From Torpedo marmorata (lineage: Eukaryota), in the NCBI GenBank assembly GCA_977017645.1, contig OZ360227.1:101184001-101248000 (forward strand): a DNA stretch of 64,000 bases, read 5' to 3'. The position numbers were made by a program, and so were the translations under genes. Below the pieces are notes generated by a model. That model was not told the DNA's origin, made no database searches, and worked only from the letters and a program-made list of their open reading frames with translations. Position 1 is the stretch's first letter. The number at the start of each line of letters is the position of its first letter. This document shows, in pieces, positions 1 to 13,480 of this stretch.

Positions 1-4
1 CCAG

Positions 5-45
5 GTAAAAAACACAAATGCTGGAGAAACTCAGCAGGTCAAAAC
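5..45 (-). mobile_element. Penelope-like terminal repeat fragment
   Basis: gtaaaaaacacaaatgctggagaaactcagcaggtcaaa matches the Penelope terminal-repeat ends at ~44817 and ~61029. Confidence 0.7.
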
Positions 46-3000
46 CCTGCAGAAAATGCCAGGTACTTCTCTGTGCTGATCATTTATTTTAAACAATGCT
101 CAAATAATTTGAATGAAAAAAAACGTAAAAGTGATTTTATTTCCCACTGCACCGGAAAAGCTGGTTGCAACATCATGAGAGAACCCATCCCTGCTGCTTT
201 ACTTGAGGTAAAGGCATTCAAAAATGTGGACAAGCTATCGTTCTTGTTGGTGCTACTGCTGCAGATGTTTCTTGCGCTACTGTTCCTCACTTCCAGAGCC
301 TCTTCCTCCTTCCCTGTACCTCTCTCTCCCCTTACTCCTTTTCCCTCCACTTGCCAACATTTTAACGTGTTACCATGTTCAGGGTTCCTGAACACGTGAG
401 TGTCACCATGTTCAGGAACTTGGAAGACCCTAGCTTAATGGCCAAACTTCGCTGGTGCAATCCTGACCCCATTTCAACATTGGACTCCTCAAAGAACCCA
501 GCAATGCAGTGCGGGTTTGTGGCCAAATCTACCGAGGGGTCTTACGCCAGGTGAGACCAGGCACAAAGTCAATGTCCAACCACCTGAACAGCTACATGTC
601 AAAAAATACACTTCAAGCAAATTACTTTCTTTAGAAGCAATTGAATTTAATTAAAAGATTTAAATTTTTTAAGTATACCAGTAACTTCAATTTGGTTCAA
701 GTTTGTTTTCTTTGAATCATTTTATTTTTATTTGTTCGATCTTTCATTATTCTTGAATGTCTCTGAACATCGTTCATGGAAGGTGTGACAGCTTGCTGAA
801 CCAGGGAGATTTGGTTAACCAGCTGTCGCTGATCATCCAGTATTTTTTGTGTGCAGGTTTTATTCCATTCAGCCCATCCGATGCCTCATTTATATTGTTG
901 GCCTCTTTATCACAAAGGGTTTTCCCACTGTGGATCAGGATGCCTACGTCCAACAAGTTTGAGTTGTTTGGTGTAATTAGTTTTGAGTTCAGAGTACAAA
1001 GAATGAAGTGGTTCACTGCTAGAGAAAATTGTAGACTATTGTGCTTCAAAACAACGGCACAAAATAATAGCATTTATTGCCTTCATTAATCCCATTGTCT
1101 TAAGTTCTAATTTATTTAATTTATCACCATAACTAAACAAATGGACTGGTTATTATTGGCGCTTTGAAATCTTGTGTTGGTTTTAAAAAATTTTTGGAAG
1201 ACTAGCAAGTTTTTCATCTGATGATGGAATTTAATGATCAAATAGCAATTTAAATTTAACTCTATTGATCTTACATAAGTGATTAAATACATTAAGAATG
1301 GCAATTGATTCTTTTAGATCCAAAGGTAAGAAATTCAAAAAACAAAGTGAAAAAATTGGATTTGGATGGTTAAAATGTAATTCTAGTATTGTATGTCAGA
1401 TAAGCATGATATTTTTTTCTTTCAGATATCACAAGTTAATTAAAAAGACTATTCACATCTCTGTCCAAGCATGAAAGTAGATAATAAAACACAAACTCCA
1501 TTTTTTACTGTCACTCCTTCCTATTTCATGAATTAAATGCCACGTGAATTCATGCATCTCTTATTTCAGTAGCTGCTCTTTTTCTGTCACATAAAACATT
1601 TGCTGGGCTCAGTGAAGGGAACAATCTCTCATTTTATTTCCTACTTTTTCTGTTTAAAGAAATATAACTTGTTTGCTTCCTTATATATTTGTTTTATAAA
1701 ATATGCAATGTCCTTTTTAATCCCTGACATTAGTCAGGATGCTCTTCTTGAAAACAGTTACAGGATGTTCCATTTTAAACTTCTGTTCAATTTTATTACC
1801 AAAGTGAATCTTTACAGCAGTATAAAATTAATGTGAAGTTACAGTGAGGAGCAGAGTATTCGACATGTTATTTGGTGTATTCCCAACACCAGGTTGGTAG
1901 TCTTAGCCATATCACAAGGCTCTGCTGTGTATTCTGTTACTCTCTTATCATCACATCTTTCTGTTGCATTTCACTCTTTCCAAAAAACATCTTAATAAAA
2001 TAACTTATTACAATGAAGTGCTCTTTACAGTGAACACCAAGGTAATATGGTCCATCACTTTATATTTTTGACTGTAGCAATTCTAATGAGAAACTACATG
2101 CAACCTGAAGAAACTGCTCAGATAGTTAAAATATATAGCAATACACTGGCATATACTTAATATAGAAGACACCTTTAATATATAAGAATGTTCCTGGATG
2201 CTCCTTTTATATGTTAGAAATATACCAAATCAAAGCATTTGTCCTTCCTGATGCTGAATGCATGCTCAGTTGTGTGAAGATAATAAATGGTGTTAGTTGT
2301 ATTGTTCAACTGCAGCTTGACCCTTTTCTCCTCTTGACTGACATCATTGTTTGTTTATCTGCATTCTTCCACTGGGAGACTGGGAATGCATGCACAAGTG
2401 CCTTTCTCAAAATGGACCATTCACACGATAGATGTACTATATTTGAGATGCCACTGAAATGGAACAGTCTGAAGTTTCTGCATGCTTCCTGAGCCAGTTT
2501 AGGCCCCAGTAATGGATGTTTCTCCATCGTGCAGGCATAGAACCCAAAAGCAAATGTGAGTCAATGAATCTTGGCCTTTACTCATCACTGTTGGGAAATC
2601 ATGTGTTCAGGCCATTGAATGTTTCATCAAGGAACAGAAGCATTCTTAGAACAGAATTCGTTGAAGAACAACTACAATGACTTGGAGGTAAGTTTTGAAA
2701 AGGTTTTTGAAGGTGAGTAAAAATGAAACAAGTTAGGTGGCTTTTGAAATAGTTCTAGAGGTTTGGAAACTGGTGACTCAGGGTTCCAACTCCAAAGTGG
2801 GTGTGGGCAGTACAAAAAAAACACAAAAACCATTTGAAGATTCAACTTACTGTTTGAAGTTGCTCAATCTTAGATGAGAGTTGTAAGAGCAGTTAAACAT
2901 ATCTTATTAAGACCCATTTAAATTCTCTGCAATATTTACATTACATTGCATGTGTTGAGGATTATTGGCTGCACAGAAGGCAAGATTCAAAGGTACAGAG

Positions 3001-4473
3001 AGGGCAAAACTAGTAGAGAGCCTTGTCTGATTAGTAGGAGAAGGGAAGCCTACTATCGTACAGGAGTGTGAATCAAAAATACAGTTTGTTGTTTTGATGA
3101 GGTACTCTCTTGCAGTGAATATCAGAATGATTTGACAAACATGAAGGAAGATGCCAGGGTTGAAGAAAGTACACTGCTCCCCTGATAAAATAAAATGGAA
3201 TTAATTTGTCACTGATATAGCATAGTGCTGATTTACATTACCTGTAGTTCAATAGGTCTGCACTCCTGGCTGTACAGTACAATCATTCTGTAATCTCAAG
3301 GATAGCTATATAATGTAGATTTAAATGATAGGGCTCAAATGATGCATAACATTCATTTTCATGCTTGCTGCATATCTCCAAGCACCCTTTCTTTTAACAG
3401 TGGAAAGGATCCTCTGAAAAAAATCATTAACACACAAATATACGGCAAACATATAATAGCATATTTTTCAAACTCATGCCATTTTAAACATTTTTATTAA
3501 AATAATAAAAAATTGTTCCCTTAAAGCAATAGAAAGGAATGCAGTAGATCTTCTTTATGATTACTTTCTGATACAAAAAGACCTCCAATGCAACACATTT
3601 TTATGGTTCCTTCGCTAACAGAAAATACACATAAAGTACATTGTTCATAACACATCCACTCCCTTCCAAACAACATGCTCTTTAATCCCAAAGATTTGCA
3701 ATGATGTGAGATTATATAGAATGAATAAATGTCCTTGGGTAACTTTAAATGTACAAGAAGACACAGAAAGGATTTGAAGTAATCTAATAGGTCAAGTGCT
3801 TCAGAAGAAATATGTTTCCAGATTTCTATGTGGTTACATTTTGCCTAATTTTACATGGAATCAATTAATTAATAATAATATTTTCACATTTATTGACAGA
3901 ATAGATAGACAAAGTAAAAATGAAGAAACTTCAACAGACATTTAGTTAAACATTAAGAAGGCAAATCTATGTCATTGAAACACCTTAATTACTTTACTAA
4001 CCAGTTTAAAAGAATTAACGTCATGCAACCTATGATTAACATTCATTAATTTCTTAATAATGAATGTAATGCCACAGTTAATAAAATAATACTTCGTATT
4101 TTTACATAATTCAAAAACCTTTTATATTAACTACAGAGACTTGTGGATTTAAACCAGCCAATCTTCTGTAACATCGATCACAGAGACAAACTGCTACTTA
4201 CCCTATTGTAATGTACGATATACAAAAATTATGGGAACTTCAATATATGATGACGAAAGAAGTAAAACTGTTGTCAGAAGTTTTGAATATTTGAAGTCAT
4301 AGGAGGATAACTGACAGAAGGATCATAGCCACTTTACCTAAAAAACTAGCTGGATTGGCATTACACTGAACAGGTACAGAACTCAACTGACCTCTTTCCC
4401 TGCTGTAACTGAAGCTTACAAAGCACCTGATATACTCCACATTTGCGAATATCATTGGCCAATTGGTGGTGCA

Positions 4474-5062
4474 GATCTAATCTATTGCATTCGATGTATG
4501 CAGTGTGGCCTCGTCTACATTGGTGAGACCAAACACAGACTGGGTGACTGCTCTCCCAAACAGCTATACTCTGTGTGTGAGTCTAAACTTGAGCTTCCTG
4601 CAGCTAACCATTTCAACTCCCCTGACCATTCCTACAAAGGCATATCTGTTCTTGGCCTCATCCACTGTCAGGACAAACATAAGCTTGAGGAACAACGTAC
4701 CATATTCCTACTGGACAGCCTGAAACTTAATGGCATGAACATTGATTTTTCTAATTTTAGGTAACCCCAATCCCTTCTGGTTCCACTGTTTCCACCTCTT
4801 CCTTACAGTTCTTGTGGTTATTTTTTTCTTCTTCTCTCTCTAACCTTGCTAGTGGTCTCTCCCTCTACCTGTCTCTCCACCTTCTCATATCTTCTGCACC
4901 ATTATATCTGCCCAGCTTCTTTCCCCCTTTATATATACATACTAACAGCCCCTTCCCTTCAGTTTTAATCAAGGGTTTGGACCCGAAACACTGACTGAAC
5001 ATTTCTCCAGAAATTCTTTGTATGCTCAAGATTCCAGCATCTGCAGCCCTTGTGTTTCTCAC
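4474..5062 (+). mobile_element. Penelope-like element 3' fragment (GIY-YIG endonuclease plus terminal repeat)
   Basis: IYCIRCMQCGLVYIGETKHRLGD...ANHFNS...KLEEQ...NGMNIDFSNF, then a pyrimidine tract and a degenerate terminal repeat. Confidence 0.85.
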
Positions 5063-5464
5063 TGGCCAACATGTTTAATTGCTGATTGCTGTGCAAGGAC
5101 CCCCAGTGTTAAATAAATTAGGGTTTCTTTGCATGAGGGGGTCCAAAAGCTTGAACATTGATCCCGACGCCGAGTGGCCATTTTAATTAGATATTGGGAA
5201 AATCCAGCAAATGTGAAACAGAAAAGTGGCTAGATTATGGATTGTCACAGAATGGATTAAAGGGAATAAGGGAGTGATGAAGGCTGTAGATGGAATCAGC
5301 AGATGGGCAGAAGAAAAGGCATTAGCACTCAAGCTGCAGCAACAATGGGAGAAAGCAGCAAGGAGCAGACAAAAAGAATTAAGATTGCATGAGCACAACA
5401 TTTTCACTGGTGTTCTAGAGACCTCATTGTTAGATATATAACAAGTACGTCATATGTAACAGAG

Positions 5465-6540
5465 TGCAATACACAAAAGTGCTGGAGAAACTCAGCAGGT
5501 CACACAGCATCCAGAGAGAAGTAAAAGGAATCAACCTTTCAGGCCTGAGCCCTTTGTCAAGAATGTGGAAAACCATGTAAACTCCTGAATTAAAAGGTGG
5601 TGGTGGGGGGAGGGGGGGGAGGGGGAGGGGGAGAGGAGAGGAGGAAGGGGAAGTGGGAGGACCTCAGGCTAACAGGTAAGAGGTTACAGATGGATACAGG
5701 TGGGATGGTAGATGAGAACGAAGCTAAGAAGTGATGGGGGAGAAGACAGAGCGCTAAGAAGAGGAACTCTCTGATAGCAGAAGGAAGGGAGGAGGGTTGG
5801 GAGCTGGAGGAAAGGAGAAAGAGGGAAAGAGAAAGACTGGGGAGAGGGTTAATGGAAATTGAAGGTCAATATTGATGCCGTTTGGTTGGAAATTGATGAG
5901 ACGAAATATAAGGTGTTGTTCCTCCAATTTGCAGGTGGCCTCAATTTGGCAGTACATGAGGACATGAACAGATATGTCGGTGTAGCAATGGTGTGTGGAA
6001 TTGAAATGGTTGGTTACTGGGAAGTCTTTGCTGTTGCAGTGGACAGAGCGAAGGTGCTCAATGAAACGCTCTACCAGTCTGTGTCCAGTCTTCCCGATGT
6101 AGAGGAGGCTGCATCAGGAACATTGGATGCAGTAAATGACCCCTACAGATTCACAAGTGAAGTGTTGTTTCACTTGAAAGGACGGTTTGGGGCCCTGAAG
6201 AGTGGTGAGGGAGGGGGTGTAGGTGCAGATGTCGCATTTCTTGCGGTCACAGGGGTAGGTACTAAGGGAGCAATAGGTAGGAAGGGATGAGTGGACAAGG
6301 GAGTCGCAGAGGGAGCGGTGAAAAGTGGAGAGGGGAGGGCAAGATATGTCTGGTGGTGGGATCACATTGTAGGTGGCAGAAATTGTGGAGAATAATATGT
6401 TGGATGCAAAGGTTGGTGAGGTGGTAGGTGAGAACAAGGGGAAAATGTAACAGAGTACCATGAGAACACAAAAAATGTAAGGAGGCAAATATCAAGAAGG
6501 AAGGCTCAACACGTGAAGCACCCCATGTCTGCGGCAGAAA
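5465..6540 (-). mobile_element. Penelope-like element, 3' part, degenerate
   Basis: Minus-strand PCDRKKCDICTYT...QGPKPSFQVKQHFTCESVGVIYCIQCS and CKLEEQHLIFRL...PNGINID; terminal repeat at 5465-5570. Confidence 0.85.
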
Positions 6541-6554
6541 GAACTGTACCAAGG

Positions 6555-7240
6555 TCAGGCTTGGATTGAGTGATGGTAACATTGGCTTCACAAACATACC
6601 AGGCAATGACCAACTCCTACCAGAGAGATTCTGCACGCCTACCCTTGATATTTAACAAAGTATCACACCAAACCCCTCACAATTAACATCTGGAGGGTCA
6701 CTCTTGAAAGAAAATCCATTGGAACAGTCATAAAGATACTGTGGTTAGAAGAGGTCAGAGGTTGACTCACCCTCTGATGCTCCAAGCCTTTCCTTTTTCT
6801 GTAAGGCACAAGTCAGGAGGATGACTGAACACTCTCTACTGGCTTGGATGAGTCTAGTTCCAAGAACACTTGAGAAATTTGACTTCGTCCAGGAAAAACA
6901 TGAATAGCATTCCATCCATAACATTTATTCCTGTTCCCACCAGCACATCATGGCTGCAAAATGTCTTGCAGATACTTGCCAAAGAGACTTTCTCAGCACG
7001 TCCCAATCTCACAACCTCCACAACCAGGATGAACAAGGACAGCAGGCTCATGGGAACACCACAACCTGCAGGTTCCCCTCTCAGTTGCATCCCATCCAGC
7101 ATTCCTCCATCGTTGCATTATGGGAGCACATCCATCAGAATAGCTGCAGTGGTTCCAGAAAATGCTCACACCACATTTAAAGGGGCAATTAGGGACGAAC
7201 AATAGTTTCTAGGATTGACAAGCATGTTTACATCCTGAAA
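6555..7240 (+). mobile_element. Old CR1/L2-group LINE 3' fragment
   Basis: Decayed KAQVRRMTEHSLLAWMSLVPRTLEKFDFVQE (post-RT motif of CR1/L2-group ORF2); related antisense tails flank the L1 at 33.4/37.0 kb and occur near 51.6 kb. Confidence 0.55.
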
Positions 7241-7648
7241 AATGAGCGAAAACACCACGTACAACATACTTACCGGTAGTTTTTTTTTTAAAGATAGATC
7301 ACTTTAGGATAACTTATGCTGTTAACACCTCTCACTCAATGCCTTTGAGTCACTGCCTGATAAATGCTTGGTTAATCTTCACACTATTCATTTAACTGTG
7401 AACATCCAGATGCTACCTTAATAGAAACCTTAGCAGAAGGTTGGGCAGACCTGTCCTTTTCTGTTTTGAGGTTGAAGTAATTCTACTTACTTTTAGATGT
7501 CATGTAAAGAAAAGGAAGAAAAATTGGGAAGAAAATAAAACCAGAAATCAGAAAAGTAAGTTTCAGAGGTTTTAAACTCCAAAAGATATTCAAATAAGTT
7601 CACTGGAGAGTGCATTAGAAGTTGTGCCCTTGCTAAAGGTTATGTGAA

Positions 7649-8279
7649 TGTTGTGTGTGGAGGAAACGTGGCCTCCCTGCCTGAAACTTATTCGGAAGTC
7701 ACATCACCTGTCAATCAAGGTTGGACTCCGGCCACCCATTAGTGCACACCTTGCCGTTGGCTAATTTAAATCACCTAGGGTCATTATTGGCTAGACGCCC
7801 AGATCAGAACTGTATATAACATCAACACACAGCACCTTCTTTCTCTCTGCCTCCTAGTCCAAGCCCTAGACATCGCTCCACGCCAGGTCGCTACTGTGGA
7901 CATCGCTGGAAGTGTCGCAGGTAAGGTGTGCACTACACTTAAGCTGAACCGTAGTATTGCGATAGATTAATACAGTACTTGCAGAGAGCCACATCCCCGT
8001 TTGTACAGGGAACCGGGTGTGTGTAAGAGTCCCTGTTTGTAGTGCATGTACTCAAGTGTGTGAGAATGTCGAGTATAGGTTCACTATTGTCGGAGTCCAA
8101 CCTAGGTCCGAGGTGAATGTCTATATCGTTGCTTAAGTGAAATAGTAATCGAGTATCATTTAACGTTCTCCCCTGTTTGTCTCCCGTGTGTTAATTAAAG
8201 TTATGTGTGATTGTAACACTTGTGACCAGACTCATCTCTCTGTGAACCCACCGAACCTGATACTATTCCCAAAACGACA
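7649..8279 (+). mobile_element. Solo LTR (631 bp)
   Basis: TGTTG...CGACA ends; 5-bp TSD GTGAA (7644-7648, 8280-8284); ATTGG (CCAAT) and TATATAA near 7787/7813; ATTAAA near 8194. Confidence 0.8.
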
Positions 8280-11200
8280 GTGAAAATGAACTGAAATTAT
8301 GACAGGTAATTTGGAAAAATTCAAATCAGATATGGTTGAGTTTCATATTCATGTGAATTAATCTGAAGTACCTAAATTTGGCTCATATCAGACATCCTGA
8401 ATTCAATTGGCACAAATCCATACTGTGGGAAATTAGCCCATAAAATTTCATAGTTATGACCAGCTTCATGTACAGATGTGAACTAATTTAGCATACTCTA
8501 CACACAGCTTTAATGTGGATTCTAGAACACTAGTGTTTCTTCTGGCATGAGGCAAAGCACAAAATTAATAGATAGCAGCATGCTAAAATCTCAAGGAGCA
8601 TGCTACCTTAAATTCATTACTGCCATTAAATTGACAGATTAATGCATTCATTGTTTGGTTTATTCCTGCCTAACTTTACTTGCCTTCTCAATATCAGTTC
8701 TAACAAAAAAATAAACATTTGTGATACACCTAAACTCTTCTGTGGTGTTAAAAGCAGACCCAAGCCAATTCCCCCTACCATTATGAGGAGTGGGTCAGGT
8801 TAACCTGACAAACAGCTGAACTTGGCACAAGCCTTTTGCATTGTGAGTTTAATGCACAGTGGATATCTAACCCTTGACACGTTTCAATTAAATTGCTTCA
8901 TAAACCCAACAGTCTGTATTTTACTGAATGAACACAATCCGAAAACTGGGGTGAATATATATAAATGTGACTATTATGTATAATTCATAATTACCAAGTC
9001 GGTTGGGACATTCCTTAATGGTTGTCAAGAGTCAGCAGATAGAACTATTGGGTCTATTGCTGGACAGGAAATGCTACTTCTATTACACCAGTGTATGTAT
9101 TGGAACATTCTGACTAATGAATAGCTCAGATCATACTCCACAATTCTTGTTGAAACAGGCCAGCTGTCCAACTAATGTGCTCATACTAAAATTGCAACGA
9201 ATGGATAAGATTTACTTCTTTCATTAAGCAATGAACTTAAATTAATGCATTCCACCTACTTTGAAGCAATTTGAGCATTGAAATCTTTTTCTCAGATAGT
9301 TCGCTGTGCATGTAAAATGTAAAATGTTGATCATTCTTTTGGAATCAAGAAAATGCTGCTGCATGGTTTCTGAATCTGTGCTTTTGCTTATATAATCTGC
9401 CAAGAATTGTGAGGAACATTAGCATTCTTCAGTGCTTAAAAAAATTCATACTAATTTATTCAAAAATGCTATTCATAATGAAATAATTTAATAAATTTTT
9501 TAGAACGTCCAATTAATATTATGAAGAATATTAGTTTTGGAGGCTCTTCCTCCTCTTTTCTCATTTAACTTAGATGGTGGTTGATATTTTAACAGTAATT
9601 TTTCACATTCATAACAATGAAAACAAAATCACAGAAATGCCAGATATTGCTCAAAAATGTACTCAGTAAATCTACTTTGTTAGATCTATTATGATGAACA
9701 TGCAGGGATCAAGATCATAATTAGAGAATGATGATGACAGGTGGAGGTGGACTGCACACCAATTCAAAATGGAATGCGTAGGGGTTGGCAAGAGCCAAAA
9801 GGAAGTAGAGTTCTTGAAACACATCAATAAATCTCAAGTTTATGCCTTTTATCTGAGCCTTGAAAGACAGCTCATTTTGGATAGCTGCCTATCTAGGACT
9901 GAAAGTAGGTCCGGCAAATCATTCCCATTATCAAGGTACAACCTTCTTGTAATTATTGCAATTGCTAGTTTTCAATTATTTATGCAGCTGTTGGTCACCA
10001 GAGATTAACTCAATCTGGGCCAACAGAAGTAAGCGCCGCTGTTATGTTTCCACAGCACAGAGAAAGAAAACAAAACACTCGCCTAATGAAAAGCACACAT
10101 GGGAAGCACTTTATTATTTCATCATCCTCACCTACTGAGATCTGGCACAACTACATGCCTTAATATTACACTACCTTAATATTATGTGGTCAAGCAGACT
10201 GCCAGTTTGTAATTTCCTCTCAGTTCATTCCAGAGGAATTTGGCTCCCATTTCCTTCTGACACACCAAGGCTCCCAAACCCCTTATTCCACACATGCAAC
10301 GCTGCAGTGCTATTTACTTAACCGCATACTAGTCTGAGAAAAAAAGACCAAGGAATTTAGCTTCCTTGAAAAATAACTTCTAAGTTCTCATAAAGATGTA
10401 CAACCACTTATGGCAACCTATCATTACTTTTTAAATTCCATGTATCCTACAATAGAAATCTTCACAAATGCACATAAAGAACTAAATTTGACATATATAA
10501 TATTAAAGCATGCATAGCTGAAATTTTAGGAGTGGTCTTCTTTATTAGGAGACTAATTGAGACTAGCAAGTATGAATTGAGCTGAATTTTATAATGAAGA
10601 ATTTTCCAATGATCAATAATTTAACTTAATTTGTCCATTCGCACATTTGCACCAATAGTTCAATACATTTGTGTAGTAGAGCAATCTAAGCAACATTGAC
10701 CAAATGTCAGAAACATTCTGAGAAAGTAGTACCATTTGTTGTTAACTTCTGCTTGATTTTCCATCATTTAGTGCCAGAGTTTCACAATAGTTGGAGTTTT
10801 TCAGTATCCACTTTCATTTTTATACACTTGTGGAGCATTTTAATATTACTAAAATGAGATTTGTCATTAAAATTAAGTAAAAACACAACTCTTCTTTCTG
10901 CACTTTTTTTTTCTATTTGCCCCAAGCTCTTAACATGTTATTAGAATATACCACAGTTCATGTTGATGGCTTCATCGCACAGGAATGGCCCTTAATTTAA
11001 TGAACAGTTTTAATAAATCATTGAGCTTAAATCTGTTTTATATCATGGACACAGACAGACAAGCACTTATCCTGCACAGAGGAGATCGTTAGCAAGGAAA
11101 CAGGAAGTGCAGTCTGAAAGGAAAGGTGCTCATTTAAATAGACCAATTTTTCATATAAATAACACCGGTGGAATTTTCCAGTGGTGAAGATGTTGGACTA

Positions 11201-11977
11201 TCGCCCTCCCTCCAGCTGTTATATAATCCTTGCTGGGGGAAAATACTGCAGAAAACTTCCACAGTATTCCAGCTTCATATATATTCCAGTGTAAGCATTT
11301 GAGGGATGCAAACTGCTTCTTTTGTTTTAAAGTAAAATTATGTTTAATCATATCTCAAGTTACACTATTTTAACACCATAAAAAAGAACGAACTACTTAA
11401 TACTGAAGAAAAGGAAGGCTTCAAAATAGGTTCCAAACCATTCAAAATCAGTAACTGATTCAAAAATACCATATTGTTTTTAAGTACTTCACACTGCAGG
11501 GTAGATAGAAAGTAGTTTTTTCTGCAAAAAAATAAAGGTAAAGTTTTAATTGTCCATTCTCCTCTTGACAGTGAAACTGCATTCATCCTGCTGTTTTAAT
11601 GGCACTTAATAATTTATTTTATCCAATAGATGAATGATGGTGCTCTAAGATCTTTTGCTTGGAATCAACACAGCCAACCATTCAAAATCAGAGCTCGACA
11701 TGCCTGGGGTTAATTTGATATCACCACAGATGATGTTGAATTTCACTGCATCCGGTTGCCTACATGGCTAGTTGGACGTCAAACATGGTCGAATATTGAG
11801 GGGGAGGAGGTCCATAGTTCTTTAAATAATTTAGTATTTAAAACTGTCTTCCAAGTCTGGCAGCAAGGCAACTGAACAGCAAAGCCTGCAAAGTGAATTT
11901 CCTTTTAAGGGGAAACATGGAGTGTGATAAGCACAGTTGTCAGAAAGAATGAAATATATTAATTCATCATCCACCAT

Positions 11978-12492
11978 AATAAGATTCGGTATGTCACCGA
12001 AGACTCTCGTAAACTTCTACAGGTGTACCGAGGAGAGCATTCTGGCTGGTTGCATCACTGCCTGGTATGGAGGCACCAACTCCCAGGACAAGAATAAACT
12101 CCAGAGGGTTGTTAACTCAGCCTGTGACATCACAGGCACCAAACTTCACTCTATAGAGAACATCTACATGAGGCGGTATCTTAAAAAAGCAGCCTCTGTC
12201 CTCAAAGACCCCCACCACCAAGGCCATGCCCTCTTCACTCTGCTACCATCGGGAAAAAGGTACAGGAGCCTAAAGACGAGCACTCAACGGCACAAGGACA
12301 GCTTCTTCCCTGCTGCCATCAGATTCCTAAATAATCAATGAACCAAAGACACTGCCTTACTTTTCGTGCACTATTATTTATATTTTTTTATAGTAATGTC
12401 ATAAGATGGTAATAATATGAATGTTTGCACTATGATGCTGCCGCAAAACACCGAATTTCATGACTTGTTCATGACAATATATTCTGATTCTC
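11978..12492 (+). mobile_element. Rex1/Babar-type LINE 3' end
   Basis: RFGMSPKTLVNFYRCTEESILAGCITAWYG...LLPSGKRYRS...DSFFPAAIRFLN (DUF1891-like); ATTCTG tail. Confidence 0.85.
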
Positions 12493-13279
12493 ATTATTTG
12501 ATCGCAAATTATTTTATTTAGCACTAAAAGGGATGAATTGTCTTAGGGCAGCAATCCACTAGTCCAGTGTGCAGAGTTAAGTTACATCAATATATGACTT
12601 TTAAGTTAAAATCTCAATGCACATGGTTGGGACAATTGAAGAAGATGATGCTCAAATTAGCAAATAATCCCTTCGGTCTTGTTCAAAATACTTCTGGTAA
12701 AGGGTACAAAATTTACATAACAGAGAACTGTTGCCACTTTCTACATAGAAGTAATTACTCAGAGATTTCAAGTCTTCAGGAGAACAACAAACAGTTTTTC
12801 TGGTTGCATCTGTTTTTTCATGGCTGCCTCTTTAAGTCTCCATTCCCACTTATTTTCCTGTATGACTTGGTGTCAAATTTAGTTTGTAATCACTCCTTTA
12901 AAGTTACTACATCAATATAAGATGCTCCTGCTGCTCAACTTTCTCTTGAAAGATTACAACTGAGATGTTCTTATTTTGGACATCATCAAGCCCCCTGAAA
13001 GGATTGAGGGAGATTAAGAAGCTTTTGGGAGAGAATTGAAAACTCTTTACCCTGATAGGTGAAGGCATGGTTACCAATGGTGGTGTGATTAAAATCAAGG
13101 GGTGATCAACAGAAGCTTGGAGGAATGTCAGCACTTGCTGGGTGAGAGAGCCAGAGAAAGAGAGGGGCGAAAAAATGACATGGTTGAAATTGCTCAGGTT
13201 TATGCAAATCAGAATATGTAATCATCTAAAAAGCAGCAGTGGTTGTTGAGAAGAAGAGAGGAATAAGATCAGAAATAGA

Positions 13280-13480
13280 GCATGTTGCCTGGATTGGAAA
13301 ATAAGTCTTATGAGGCAAGGTTAGCAGAGCTGGGACTTTTCCCTTTGGAGCGTAGGAGACTTAATAGAGGTCTACAAGATTATGAGAGGCATAGATAGGG
13401 TGGACAGCCTGCGCCTGTTTCCCAGGGCAGGAATAGCAAACACCAGAGGACATATGTACAAAGTGAAGGGAGGGAAGTTG
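13280..13480 (+). mobile_element. CR1 LINE 3' fragment
   Basis: MLPGLENKSYEARLAELGLFPLERR..DLIEVYKIMRG, a typical CR1 ORF2 C-terminus. Confidence 0.8.

Noticed and set aside
774-1073. 99-aa minus-strand ORF with an acceptor-like site
   Set aside because: No recognisable homology in any frame and no partner exons found
2535-2693. Candidate exon ending GAG|GTAAGT
   Set aside because: Stops in the frames examined and no recognisable protein
5859-6290. 143-aa plus-strand ORF
   Set aside because: Antisense shadow of the Penelope element
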